Below are positions 24,218 to 36,736 of a DNA stretch of 64,000 bases, in pieces. Made by a program: the position numbers and the translations under genes. How positions within the stretch are numbered: the first letter of the stretch is position 1; the number at the start of each line of letters is the position of its first letter. Source of the DNA: Minutocellus sp. GHC0000111 (Eukaryota); NCBI GenBank assembly GCA_977018835.1, contig OZ361256.1, positions 2,790,001 through 2,854,000 of the forward strand. The letters are read 5' to 3'. The notes below the pieces were generated by a model that searched no databases, was not told where the DNA came from, and saw nothing but the letters and a program-made list of their open reading frames with translations.

Positions 24218-26395
24218 ATGGCGAACGACAGGACCAAGTTGATGCGTCAGCGTCGTCGTCGTACTGGCTTTTCTTCACCCCACAATGGTGGCCTTGCCAT
24301 CTTATTGACCTTGATGGGCGTGTGCGTCTGCAATTGGTCGCATGTGCATGTTCTGGCGTTTGTTCCCCGATTGGTTTCCCCCGCTGTATCCTCTGGCCAT
24401 CAATATCGCCCTCCAAAGCAAAGACATGTAATGTGGAGCGCTGCCAGCAGTCATACAGATGATGACGACGATTCAACAACGCCACAATTTGTCGATCGGA
24501 CTCCTGACATAAGTATCCCAACAGAAGCAAACGATTCGCTCCAAACCTCATTCGATCGAGTGAGGCAGACCATTCTGGGCGGCGCTTCTGGTAGTGACGA
24601 AGCAACCGATGCTGCCACCACCAAGAAGATCAACCTCGCCATTGTGGAACGTGGTCAGCAATTTGCCTCCTCTGCTTCCGCCAACGGCGATGCCAATTCT
24701 TCATTGGAGCCATCCCTCGTATCGGATCGCGAGCGAGTTCCCGGGTGTGTCGCCACGGTGCACGTTCAGACGTCGTTGCTGCCTCTTGACGATACTGCCG
24801 TGAAAAGTAGTGATGATGCCACTAATACAAACCTATCCAAGTACCGAATCGTCGTCGACGGCGATGCCGATGCTCTCTTGAGCCGTGGCCTCCTTGCCCT
24901 GTTATCGGATGCCTTGTCGGGTGATGGAAGGGTGACCGCCCAAGACATTCTCAATCTGGACCCAGATACAGTTGCCGATCTCCTGGGTCTGCGCACGGTC
25001 CTTTCGACGGGACGGAATGACGGGCTGGCCAGCATGACGACTGTCGTTCAGAATCAGATTCGTCAAAGCTTGGGATTGTCTTCCGCCAAAAATGCCGAGA
25101 GTCCTGCCACAGCCGAACCAAGCAATGCTCCAGCAAATAACGGTGAAAAGCGACCACCCACCGTGGCCATGCTCCTCTCTGGTGGCGTCGATAGTTCCGT
25201 GGCCCTCAACCTCTTGGTTCGGGAGGGATACGACGTGACGGCATTTTACCTCAAGATATGGATGGAAGATGAACTGTCGCATCTCGGCCAGTGTCCCTGG
25301 GAGGACGACTACTCGGTATGCCAGGCCGTATGTGACCAGGCCGGCGTGCCGTTGGAGACCGTGTCGCTCCAAAATCAATACAAGGATCGAGTCATTTCCT
25401 ACACCGTCGACGAGGCACGGAAGGGCCGTACACCCAATCCAGACATTATGTGCAATTCTCGGGTCAAGTTTGGTTGCTTTTACGATGCCATTGGCGGAAG
25501 AGGATTTGACTACGTTGCATCTGGACACTATGCACAGCTGGTGAAAGGCGACGAGGACGAAAGTGGACAACGCCAAATGCATCTCCTCCGAGCTCCCGAT
25601 CCGGTCAAAGACCAGACGTATTTTCTCTGCGCTCTGACGCAAGAGCAGCTATCCAGAGTCAAGTTTCCCATCGGGTCCTTCCTCAAGTCGGAGGTACGTG
25701 ATCTAGCCCAGCAATTTCAGCTGCCCAATCGAAATCGACCGGACTCGCAGGGTCTCTGTTTTCTTGGGAAGGTCAAGTTCGACGAATTTATCAACGCCTA
25801 TCTGGGCACCAATCCCGGCGATATTGTCGATGCCACCACCGGACGTGTCATTGGACGGCACAACGGTTTGTGGTATCATACCGTCGGTCAGAGGAAGGGC
25901 ATCGGTAAGGTATTGAACCCCAAGGAAACGGCCAAGGGTCCGTGGTATATCGTTGCCAAGGATCAAGAGAAGAATATTGTGATTGCCTCCAACGAGTACG
26001 ACCAAGAGGCGTTTGAGGAAGCCCGCTCCGACTTTTACGTAGAGGATATCACGTGGGTTGCAGGATCTCCACCTGAACGGCTCGTTCAGAGAGATGGTGG
26101 CGACAAGCAATGGAAGGATGGTAGATTTACGATGAAGATTCGGCACGGACCGACCATGGTCAACGGCACGCTAACACTTGACATGACTGACGCTGGCGGT
26201 GGTAGCGGCAACGTTCACTTGGACACCAAAGACAAGGGCCTTGCGCCCGGTCAGTACTGCGTCTTTTACAACATGGACGACGAGGAATGCCTCGGCGCGG
26301 GTGTTATCAGTGAACGTCATTGGGCCAAGCTGTTGTTGGAGACTAATCAGGCTGAGAAGCTTATAGAAAAGGAAGGCGAAGCTATAATAGAATAG
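24218..26395 (+). CDS. mnmA: Plastid-targeted SufE-MnmA fusion (sulfur-acceptor domain plus tRNA 2-thiouridylase)
   Basis: Uninterrupted ORF. Signal peptide ending ...VLA|FVPR; SufE motifs RVPGCVATV, DGDADALLSRGLLALL and LGL..VLSTGRNDGLASM; MnmA motifs LSGGVDSSVA, CPWEDD, TPNPDIMCN..KFG, ASGHYA, KDQTYFL, DSQGLCF, HTVGQRKG and LAPGQ. Confidence 0.93.
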   Translation: MANDRTKLMRQRRRRTGFSSPHNGGLAILLTLMGVCVCNWSHVHVLAFVPRLVSPAVSSGHQYRPPKQRHVMWSAASSHTDDDDDSTTPQFVDRTPDISIPTEANDSLQTSFDRVRQTILGGASGSDEATDAATTKKINLAIVERGQQFASSASANGDANSSLEPSLVSDRERVPGCVATVHVQTSLLPLDDTAVKSSDDATNTNLSKYRIVVDGDADALLSRGLLALLSDALSGDGRVTAQDILNLDPDTVADLLGLRTVLSTGRNDGLASMTTVVQNQIRQSLGLSSAKNAESPATAEPSNAPANNGEKRPPTVAMLLSGGVDSSVALNLLVREGYDVTAFYLKIWMEDELSHLGQCPWEDDYSVCQAVCDQAGVPLETVSLQNQYKDRVISYTVDEARKGRTPNPDIMCNSRVKFGCFYDAIGGRGFDYVASGHYAQLVKGDEDESGQRQMHLLRAPDPVKDQTYFLCALTQEQLSRVKFPIGSFLKSEVRDLAQQFQLPNRNRPDSQGLCFLGKVKFDEFINAYLGTNPGDIVDATTGRVIGRHNGLWYHTVGQRKGIGKVLNPKETAKGPWYIVAKDQEKNIVIASNEYDQEAFEEARSDFYVEDITWVAGSPPERLVQRDGGDKQWKDGRFTMKIRHGPTMVNGTLTLDMTDAGGGSGNVHLDTKDKGLAPGQYCVFYNMDDEECLGAGVISERHWAKLLLETNQAEKLIEKEGEAIIE

Positions 26396-26526
26396 ATTTC
26401 TATGCAAATTTGATCTACTGTTAGTAATGTGGCAATTCGTGCTATGGGATCATATGCGCGCCATTGAAAATCTGCTATACGATCGTACAATGCGCCTGAT
26501 CAAAAGTGCACCAAACAATGGATCTT

Positions 26527-29500
26527 CTACTCATCGTCGTCATCCTCATCGTCACTCTCATCGTCATCATCGTCATCATCCTGTTCCTCTTCGCCCATCG
26601 TCGAATCGTCCATTACTTCGTCGTCATCACCTACGATAGATGCGTCCATTACGGATGCGGTGTCGGCCATACTCTGGTCGTCCTCGCCATCTTCATCCTC
26701 ACTGGCATGGATTTTCTTCTTGGGCTTCTTTTTGGTTCCGCCTTCGGTCTTGGCCTTGCGTTTCTTATCCTTCTTCCTGGGAGCTTCTCTCTCCTGGGCA
26801 GCTGCAATCTCTTTCGTCCTGATCCTGAACGAGCGCGTGTCGGAGGGGTGATGTGGCCCTCCAACCACTCAGATTCGTCTTCGAGGCCAGCCTTCTTGAG
26901 CTGCTTGCTGGCCTTAGAAAGGAAGCTATCGAGACGCTCCTTGTTGAACACAACCTCGGAAGCAACCTTTCCTTGGGCGTTGAGCTGCTTCTCGGTCAGG
27001 GTCTTGGCCTGCTTGCCGTCATCGGCTCGTTCGCCAACTTCGACGTGTTCCGTTGCTGCCAAGAGAAGGCACATCGTTCTCGGAGTCATTGTCGTGGAAA
27101 GTTCCTCTAGCAAAAGGCTTTGAAGGGGCGAGGCAAGTTTCGTGAGATCACTCTTCATCTGAAGCTGTATAAGCTTCGTGAAGGTACTGTAAACGCGCTT
27201 GGTGCTCTTGAGAAGCGATGCCATAAAGGCAGCATTATCGTCGCAGTCCTCTGCGATTCCAGAGACATTGCTGACGGTGCACGCCACGGCAAGAAGTCGA
27301 CCTGCGACATACTCCATCGCCCGATCGGTGACCATGGGGTCGTTGAGATGAGGGAGTACCTTGAAACGAACGTAGTCGGCATCGGTCAAGGCAATGTCAA
27401 TAGCAGATTGGACTGACGATGCGACAAAGCCAAGTTCCCTTGGTCTCGTGAGACCTTTGAGAGGTTCGATCGCAGCGATAGTATCAATGATTGACAGCTT
27501 GCAAGGCTTTCTGGATGGCGCGTCCAACTCGTCATTGAAGGAGGCGGAAATTTGCAACCGAACGAGCATCGCAATGGAGAGTTTCTTCACAACGCCCACG
27601 GCGCAGTCGTCGATGTCGAGATGCTGTTCGATGCCCTTGCGGTGGTGCTTCGGCCAATCATCAGAGGCCATTATGGGAAATAGGGAGGTGGCCCTAGATT
27701 TGATGATATCACTGTCACTACCCTTTGAAGGAAGCAGTGGCATTCGAGTATCACCATCGAGGTGACCTCCAAGGAGGACTGAGGCCTCTACCGCCACCGT
27801 CGGGCTGACAAAAGTAGGCCTTTCGATGTCAATGCTGTCGCGATGGTCAAGGCCAAGCGGCGAGATCCAAGCGCCATCATTTTTCTCCCAGCAAGAAAGG
27901 ATGGATGCACCAATACTCATACGAACACTTGGGTCGCTACAAGCAGAACCAGCGCAGGCTATGAGTCTCACACATTCCCTAGCCTCGTTCTCCATTGAGT
28001 GAGAAAGGAGCTCAGCGAGCAGCCCACCTCGTTTCATCTTGCGCCCCTCATTGTCTTCATATTCACGGACAGGCGAAGCCAAAGCAAGCAAGTGATTCCG
28101 CAGCTCGAGAGATTCTGCGGAAATGGAGCGTTGATTTGACGGGGCCACCTTGCCTTTGGCATAGAACTGGAATGTCTTCTTCGTCGAGGGAATATCCGCC
28201 GCTGTGCGGTTGAACATATTCATGAGAAGTGTGAAGGCGCGACGCTCCTTGCTCATCTGGTGATTTGGATGGTCGTCCGTCATTCGCTGCATGGCCCTCA
28301 CAACGACAGCGAGCGAGAGTTCGGTGAGAGGGATATCGTTGGTGCCCTTGTCTACTTGAGCAATCGAAGTTCGATTGATCTTCGAGCAGTGGGACGCAAA
28401 CTCGGAGAATGCAAGTGATCCAAGCATCATGGAGCTGGCGATGAAGCCGGTCTTGAGGGCAAGGACATTGTCGTCTGCCTCGTGCTTCCAAGCGATAGAA
28501 GCAGGATCAAACCGACGGCCGGCCTTGATGACAACGCCGCTGCCTTCGAAGAGGTGGAGGGACTTGTTGAGGATGAAGGTACGGAACTGGATATTTGCCG
28601 TTAGGCGCGTCTGCGGATTTTGGTCTTCTCCGAAGGTCAACTGGCTACGAGAAGTGGCGTCCTCAGCGGACACACCGTAAGTGCGGAGGCAGTGGGCCAA
28701 AAACTGGTAGTCGCTAGCGGGGCATATCTGACTGATCTGGTCCTCCACGGCCTTGCGGGCCTTGTCGAGAGTAGTCTTCTTGATCTCCTTGGGGGCTGCT
28801 ACATCATCATCGATGGTGAGGTTGGGATGGTCGTTCTCTTCTCCAGCTTTCATCTTCTTTTTCTTCTTCTTGGTCGGTTTGCCCTTCTCGGCTGGGGCCT
28901 TCTTCTCTTTGGCCGACGGGGTGGCGAGAATGGTAGCTGCCTTGTCCACGGCGTCGGTCCGAAGGCGGAAGAGTCGCTCGGTGATTTCGCCAGGGTCACG
29001 TCCGGAAGTATCATCTTTCACATCACTTCCCATCAACGTTTCAGCCGCCGAGGCAACGAGAAGGCATGTTGCCAGAAGCCCCGCTGTGCGTTCCTTCTTG
29101 GCTTCGGCGGAGGTATCGTCGTTCTCGGCCTGCTTCTTCTGGACTGCCGCGAGGTAGTCATCAAGCTTCGATTTGGCCACACGCTTTCGCAGCGAAGCGA
29201 AGGCCTTGCTGAGCTCGTCATTGGGGCTGACCCGGTCTTTATCGGCGGCCACGGCATCGAAGTTCGACATCTCAGCTTGGACAACGACCACCTCGGAACA
29301 CGAAGCCAAGAGAAAAGGGATGGGCTCGGCAATCTTATTTCTCGCAATTTCAATGAGAGTTGGACCCTGTGCCTTCTTGGACTTGCCGTCAACTTTCTTT
29401 CCCTTGGCGACGTTCTTGGTTGGAGGCTGTTCAACTGCTGCCTGCTTTCCATCTTGCAGGCACAACTCGAAGCGAATGGGAGGATCAGAAGTCGACCCAT

Positions 29501-32500
29501 CGTCTTTCTCATCATCGGACTCATTCTCATCTTCATCTTCATCGGAAGACATGGGCTGCGAAAGCTGCGACCCGTGCTTCTTCGCCCTATCCCTCCGAGC
29601 CTTCTTATCGGCCTTGTCTTCCGCCGGGGTGACATATCGCTCCAACTGCGACGAAAGGATATCGGCAACAACATCACAAATTGCGGTGCCAACTCTGGCC
29701 TTGCCCCTGCGGACGATAGGTACCGGAGTGGTGTCGCCTTCCAACGAGGCACTTGGAGTGGTCGAATCTTCACCGTTGGCATCTTCTCCACACGGCAGAA
29801 GCTCCACCAGAGAAGAATAAACTTCCATTCTTACCGATGGTTGGTGCTGCGTGAGGCAACGGCGGAGATATCCCCGAATCTCGTCCAAAGTTGCTCCCCC
29901 GCTTCCCAGAGAGAAGTTGGCCGAAGCCGCTCCTTCGGTATTGCCGGAGACAACGACGATGCCAATGAGCATACAGAGAATGTTGACCGCTACGGCTCGA
30001 CGTTCGGGGTCGGTGCAAAAGATGGCCTTCTTACCCAAAAGAAAGCAATGGTCGACGTTGTCCTCAACGTCGCGGTATCGACGTCGGCAGCACTGATGAT
30101 GCAGAACTGCATTGAGCGCAGGGACGACAGACGCGATGGCAACAGCCGGTGGCATCCCCCCACCAGGAATGTTGGATAGATAGTTGATAATGGTTGGAAT
30201 GAAGTTGGCGGAGAGAATATCCGGGGCCGTATCGGTAGCTAAAGCAGTGATGGCCGACGATGCAACATCACCGAGACTCTCAAAGGTTCCCAGAGCAAGA
30301 TCTCGAAGCAGAAAGGAATGCTGAACGGCATTGGGGGCCATGCCGCAAAACTTGCCAGAGGCTGTATGAAGGATGGATCTGCAAAGGGGTGATACTTCGG
30401 CGTTGGACGAGAGAGACGACATCGTATCGGAATGGGCCTTGGAACCAGCCGTCACAAAGAGGAAGGCAAGGATCCTCCGTCCAACATCGGCAGCAGCCTC
30501 ATTGGCCTTGGAGGATACGTTCGATCCGGTATTGCGAAGCTCATCCAACGGGCACTTGCCTTCACGGGATAGCTTCTTCATAACCGAGGATGCAACGCCA
30601 AAGGTTGGGGCGACGCACGTGACGGTTGGGCTGTCCTTCTTTACGCAGTCCACAAGGAGAAATCCCAAATTGACAAGACTTTGCATCAACCCCGTCAGCT
30701 CGGCACCAATGCCATCCTTGGACGATGCAAAGCCAACGACGGACTGGATACAGGAAAAGACGTGTCGTCCAGCCTTGTCACTGCGTTTGGCACGTCCCTC
30801 CAGACTTCCCAGGGTAGAACCATCACGGAATTCGGCCGATGCACGCTCATTGTTGGGATCCTTCTCGGCAAGTAGGACGGATGCACCGGCGACGGCATTG
30901 AACCAGGGGCTTTGCGAACGCTTGGTGGCGATGGTTTGCTCCTCGACGATGAGGTCACGTACGGCTTCCAGTGCCGTGGCTCGGGTACGAGGAAGGGCGG
31001 ATGCCGCGGTCAAACCAAGACAGAGGCGGAAGGGAGTGAGCCGAAGGTAGCGGAAGGGCGCAGATGAATAGTCTATATCATGGACGGAAGCGGGGATATC
31101 GCCCTTGACGAGTCGCAGAACGGCCTTGACCAAATCTGGATCTCCCCTGAGGCCAGTTCCTGTTCAAACATATTGCGGAAGATATAAACGCGGAGTTTGG
31201 AGAGTTGAGAGGAATGCCAATATGAAACGAATGAGAGATTAATGATATAACTGTAAGTCGTCGGCTGAATCAAGGACCAAACAGTACGTACCAACATGAC
31301 TCAGCGATGTTCCAACCGCCCACCGAACGGCATCGGCGTCAATGCCCAGCGCCCGACGCTGCTGCCCTGGAGCGGCAGCAGCAGCAGTAGCCGCCGAATC
31401 GGCGCTGGCCAATGCCTCGGCGGCAGCCCGTGCTGCCACGTCGACCTTCTCCCTCAGCCCATCAAAGACGTCGGCGATACCGGCCAATATGCGGATGCGC
31501 AGCTCTACCGTGATGACGTCCGATACCGCCACCACCATTGCCGTCGAAGCACCGCCGCCACCACTACTACCACCACTGGTAGCAGCCTTGGATGGCATCG
31601 CCAAAAAGGACGATCGTCCCGTGCCATCCCCGGCGGCGGCTCTGGATCCGCGTTCAATCTTCGAGGGGAGGAGGCACAGCTGGTACACCAGGGGTGGGAG
31701 GCAGTCGAGCTCTTGGGTGTGGACGGTCGTCAGCGTCCGGAGGGAGCGCAGGAGGGCGTCGGTCAGGCTGGTGATGCGGTCGATATTGTCATTCTCCTTG
31801 CTCTTGTTGCTGGAGTTGTTCTTTCCTCCGCCATCCTTCTGCTTGTTGCTGTTCGAGTCCTTGTTATTCTTCTTGCTCGACTCCTTCTTGGTCTTCTTGG
31901 GCTTGCCCGTAGCGCTGGCGTCATCCCCCTCCTCACCCTCCTCTTGTACCGACACGGCCACGGGGCCGACGCATCCGGTCAAGGCGGTGGGACACAGATC
32001 GGACAATTCTCCCAGCGCCGCCGCCACGGCGGCCGCCCTATGGGGACGCAACCTGTATCCCGATCGGGGCACGGCGCACAGCGCGTCGAGGATGGCGGGG
32101 GCCCGCCGATGGCCCGTGCCGACCAACCGATTCAGATAGGAGGGGAGCAGGACGTCGATGCCAATGTCCGAGTTGCAGTTCCTCCCGTCCATGTTCCTGT
32201 TGCCGATTCCGATTCCCATTGCCGTTCCGTCCATATTGTTGGTCCTGGTGTTGGGATCGCCGTTCGTGACCACCACCACCGCGCAGGGCAGTATGCACTC
32301 CACCACGCACCTGCGGACGAGCTCCCCGACCACATCGTCGTCGTTATTCCTTTCCTGCTGCTCCTCCTCGTTCTCGTCATTATTGCCATTCCCACCCATA
32401 CCACCACAACCACTACCATTACCACCCCCACCCCCCATACCACCGCCGACGCCGGCCAGCGGCAACAATCCGTCGGTGAGCAACCGCCGGGCCAACCGGG

Positions 32501-33272
32501 GAGTGAACGGCGGGGGTCCCCCGCTGGCCATCATATTGGCCACCGCCAGGGGGGTGTCGATCTCCATCATTGCCATCCCCATACCGCCACCGCCTGCGTC
32601 GATGCTGCCCGAGCTGGTCGGACGGTCATGGTTGGTGCTGGTACCACTTTCACTGCTATTGGTGGCACCCACGGCCGAGGAGCGGAAGGGGTCGGCGGTC
32701 GAGCGATGGGCCGCTCGGAGGGTGGCCACAACGAGGGCCGCGAAGAGGGCATCGTCCCGATTATTGCTGCCATCCTCGTTGGCATTCTCGCCGCCATTGT
32801 TGCCATCGTTGCCATCCTCGTCGTCACTTGCAGCGTTGTTGTGGATACCACCCTCCTCCTCCCGCTGCGCCCCTGCATCTTGCTGCTGTTGCTCTTGCTC
32901 TTCTCGGCGCCCCCTCCTCTGCATCCATCGTCTCCGACCGTACTCGGCGTGCAGCGCCCTCCCGTACTTTTGGAGGTACGACAAAAGGTCGGCTCCCTCC
33001 TGCTCGGTCAGCGGCTGCGCCTGCCCACTACCACCTGCACTGCCAGCTGCCATGACCGCCGGCTGGGAAAACTGCGAGGCGGCGTTGGAGTTGGCGGCGT
33101 TGTCGGCGGAGTTGGCAGAGGGGACGGAACCGCCCAGGAGGCGGAGGAGGCGCCGGGCCGGGCCGGGCGGGGGAAAGGAGACCACCGAGGTCGATGATGC
33201 CTGCTGCTTGTTGGCGGGACCGCCGCCCCCGCCGCCGTTGAAGTTGGTGGTGGTGGTATCGCCACCGGCCAT
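26527..33272 (-). CDS. FANCI: Fanconi anemia group I protein; two exons (intron 31291-31160); frameshift near 26840
   Basis: LPPLVYQLCLL, spliced SHVG|TGLRGDPDLVKAVL..LTPF, LGKKAIF..D..RRAVAV, EIRGYLRRCLTQ.QPSVRMEVY, EPIPFLL and C-terminal TRSFRI align with conserved FANCI blocks in the expected order. Likely ATG at 33272. Confidence 0.85.
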
Positions 33273-34266
33273 TGTTGCTGTGGCTGCTGGCTGGTTGCTG
33301 GCTGCTGTTTGTCGTCGAGCGGTTTTGGCTATCGTCGGGCTCACTCGATGTCGATGGTCCCAGCCGCCACGGTATTATATTCGGAACACAGAAAGCCGTT
33401 CTACCCAACCGGAGTATGGCTCTCCCTGCCTGCGCTGCTATGCTGGTTCCCTTGAAATTTAATTTTGGTCGAGTTGGTTCGGCGTCGCCTGCTCGAGTCG
33501 AGAGTCGTCAGCTCAGCCCCACGAGCGATGCGAAAAGATTCGATTGACCCAAAAACCACCGCCAAAAGATGCCGATCGAGGCAGCAGAATGGTGTTCTAC
33601 GTCGATGAGGGAAGATGTCGGGGGGTTTCTGTTGATAGACCCACACTGTGCGGTTCACCACTCACGAGAGCAGGGTATGGGAGGTCGTTCGATCGGGCGC
33701 GCGCTGCCTGCCCTGCCGCCTTGACTTGGTTGCTTCGCTCTCTTGCTCCTCGGCCGATCGGCTCGTCGTCGATCTAGAGATTTTCCCGGGCTCATTCGTT
33801 GGTCCCGCAAGTCCGCCTTCCCACCGACACTTCGAAAATGTTAGCTCCAAAAAAAAAACAGTAATTCGAACGCTGGAGAGTGAGGCTCATTTTCAGAAAT
33901 CTCAAAAGTCACAAGAAGCAAGACGTCAAGACCAAACCGGCCCATAACCGGCCGACAATTATTGCCCGAGGAAGCAGTCACAGGGAAGCAAGGCCAACGG
34001 TTTTGGTTAGAGGGAGCCAGTCAAATGACAAGAAGCCATGTTCATCATCATTCAATGACAAGGAATCATCGAATCAATGAAAAACTGAACTGAACAAAGA
34101 GAATTGAATCCGAACCTCCCTCGCTCCACTTTCTGCTCCACTTCCGTGCTTCGCTACTTTGCGCGCGGTCCGTTGACGCGGCGACGACCGACATCCATCC
34201 ACCCGCATCCATTCGTCTTTCTCGAATAGTAGATCGGACATTGCTTCCAAAAACAAGGTAAGTTGA

Positions 34267-35781
34267 ATGCTACTGCTCATGGCGGGCCTGGGCGCCACCA
34301 TCGCTGCCAAGTCGGCCTCGTCCCTCCACCAGACGGTGCTGTTGGGAGCTACTACCAGTACTTCACAGAACACGTGCGCTGCAATCGTAAAAGAAGAGAA
34401 CGAAAACGACGACAATAACAACAACAAGCTTCCGCCGCCGCCGCAACGACAATCGGATTCAGTATCCGCAGAACCGACCAACCCAACCGCTGCTGCATGT
34501 GCATGTAACGAAATGCACCACGCCATCCTACATGTACCAACCATGCTGCAGATGTCCAACGCCATCCTACGACGGAAAGATCACGAGCAATATCTTTCAT
34601 TGCTCGAATCACAGCAGCAGGCACATCATTCCGAGATGCTCAAACTGCAACAGAGTATGGATTTCACCATATCCAACCTACAAGATAAGCTGAACGAACT
34701 GCGAAATGCAATCGAAAAGATGCAAGAAGAAGAGCAGCAGAAGAAACGACCGCCGTCGCTCCGAGACTACTTGATGTCATCCTCTTCAAGCTTGTACGAT
34801 CCCCTGCCAGTACAGCTACTCGACATGTCACACATGAAAAGTGAGCCACAACACGCAATATTCCTCGTCATTCTCCTACTACTGCCCACCATCGTGGTAG
34901 TATTACTCAAAATTCTAATCAAGAAAGGCACATCCAAACATCAGAAGAAGAGAACCACACATCACAACGGCTACAACTACAACCATTGCCATCCAACATC
35001 ACCAAACTCCACATCAATGGGCATCCCAAATCTTTCGACCGCCGATTCCTGCTCGTCGCCATCTCTTGGCTCGGTGTACAGCCAGAAGAGCAGCCCTGCC
35101 ACACCCTGCCCCCCGTACATTGCCATCCCTGCAGTCCACCGTCGAATGACCACGGCCATGACGATCGAACAGATGGCCAGGGACGCTGACGACCAGCATC
35201 CCCACGGGGACCACCTGCCACTGCCACTACCACCCCCACCGCTTATTCCGCCGCTGTATCACCAGGAGGACACTATTACTGTCAAAACTGAATCCTATCC
35301 AGATAAGACCAAATTAGAGCATGTGCTGAAGCGCAAGGCACGCATACTCTCGCGAAGATTGAGATCAATGGCGAGGAAGGCGAAGAAGAGTCCAGCCGTT
35401 CGATTCTTCCTCGGCACGGCATTCCTCGCTGTTCTAGGAACGTCCCTTATCAATATGGCACCTTTGAACTGGAAGCTTCATGAATTCTCATCCCTCGACG
35501 GCACGGCCCATCCAATACAGCTTATAATCGAGCTGATTATAACCTTCTCCGTGTTCGTGGCCGCCGGATATCGGCTATCCTACTGTTCATCGGGCATCTC
35601 TACCAACGATGCTGGCACCTGCACCCCCAACAAGCGAAGTACTATTCGACGCCACCGAAGCCTTATCCGTGGCCCATCGACCGTTCGATCCAACGGCAGC
35701 AGTAGTAGTAGTTCCAGATCAGCTGTATTTCGTCGGCAGAGACGACCGAGCAAGAGATCGCTGTTTGCCAGATCTCGGTAG
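34267..35781 (+). CDS. Hypothetical membrane protein (coiled coil plus about 3 hydrophobic segments)
   Basis: 504-aa ORF with a Q/E/L-rich coiled coil and hydrophobic stretches AIFLVILLLLPTIVVVLL, FFLGTAFLAVLG and LIIELIITFSVFVAAG. Confidence 0.6.
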   Translation: MLLLMAGLGATIAAKSASSLHQTVLLGATTSTSQNTCAAIVKEENENDDNNNNKLPPPPQRQSDSVSAEPTNPTAAACACNEMHHAILHVPTMLQMSNAILRRKDHEQYLSLLESQQQAHHSEMLKLQQSMDFTISNLQDKLNELRNAIEKMQEEEQQKKRPPSLRDYLMSSSSSLYDPLPVQLLDMSHMKSEPQHAIFLVILLLLPTIVVVLLKILIKKGTSKHQKKRTTHHNGYNYNHCHPTSPNSTSMGIPNLSTADSCSSPSLGSVYSQKSSPATPCPPYIAIPAVHRRMTTAMTIEQMARDADDQHPHGDHLPLPLPPPPLIPPLYHQEDTITVKTESYPDKTKLEHVLKRKARILSRRLRSMARKAKKSPAVRFFLGTAFLAVLGTSLINMAPLNWKLHEFSSLDGTAHPIQLIIELIITFSVFVAAGYRLSYCSSGISTNDAGTCTPNKRSTIRRHRSLIRGPSTVRSNGSSSSSSRSAVFRRQRRPSKRSLFARSR

Positions 35782-35847
35782 GATGAATGAGATTTAGATA
35801 GTTAGATTATATTAAAATCTCACCATGGTACCTTGGCTTACTTCTCA

Positions 35848-36736
35848 TCAGAAGCACAACACAACATCAAACGAAAAATCAATTCGTTCTGATTCGATTC
35901 GAGAAAGTCGTGGTGGACCTGGACCCCAGCCGGTTCCTCTCCACACGGGGACGGTTTTTCGTTGGTCCCACGCCCTGGGTTGAGGCAGACTCAAGTTCAT
36001 ATTCCAGTGCGCTACATCCTGAAAATTGAATACGGTATTATTTCCTTCAGCACGTGGTTGAAGTGCCGATAGGAAGTTGTGGTACAAAAACGCATGTATT
36101 TTGCAGAAGCCAGCGCAGATGAGAAATGAGAAATATGTCCATTCGGCCAAAAAAAAAACAGGGCATCCTCAAGTTTGAGTGCAGTGACTCACCACCACTT
36201 GCAGAATTTCCAAAGGAACCGAGATGGCTTTCGACTCCAATGTCAATCTTGTCGCCGGAACTGAAACAAATATTCACGCTTCCACAAGGCAAGGCGCGGG
36301 ACTTGTCATTGAATACCCATTTTTCCAGCGCGCTTCGAAGTGGTCCGGCAATGTGCCCTTCCGCCTGCAACTGAGGATGTGGTAGAGAGGATGATGCTGT
36401 CACACGTAGCACAGAATCCGAGCAGCACTCAAACATGTGTCGCTGCTTCGCTTCATAGTAGTCTACCAAGCTTAAGATGTGCTCAGTAAACTGCGAATTT
36501 GGCAATTTCCAAGTACCATTGGGGGCAATGACAGGAGCAAACTTGGAGAAGGTCGGTGCTTGTTTCGCAAATTCACCCGACTCTACCAACAGGGAAAATG
36601 GACTGGCGAATCCTTCATGTATCCAGAAGTAGAATGTCGCCAAAGTAATAAAAACACATACTCGAAGGGCAATGCGAAGGGCTGGTGCATGGGATGGTCT
36701 GGCATCGGATGGGTTACTTCGATCGATGAGATCCAT
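35848..36736 (-). pseudogene. Truncated GT90/CAP10-like glycosyltransferase (type II membrane anchor); frameshift at the A10 run 36149-36158
   Basis: N-terminal TM (IALRVCVFITLATFYFWI) and later PRAWDQRKTVPVWRG, similar to the GT90 PW..K....WRG motif. The ORF stops soon afterwards with no remaining catalytic domain. Confidence 0.4.

Noticed and set aside
28620..33462. Long plus-strand ORFs (519, 633 and 434 aa) opposite FANCI, and similar antisense ORFs opposite PYC, the epimerase, ArfGAP and BRCA1
   Set aside because: Shadow ORFs expected from GC-rich, codon-biased sense genes; they contain no recognisable motifs.
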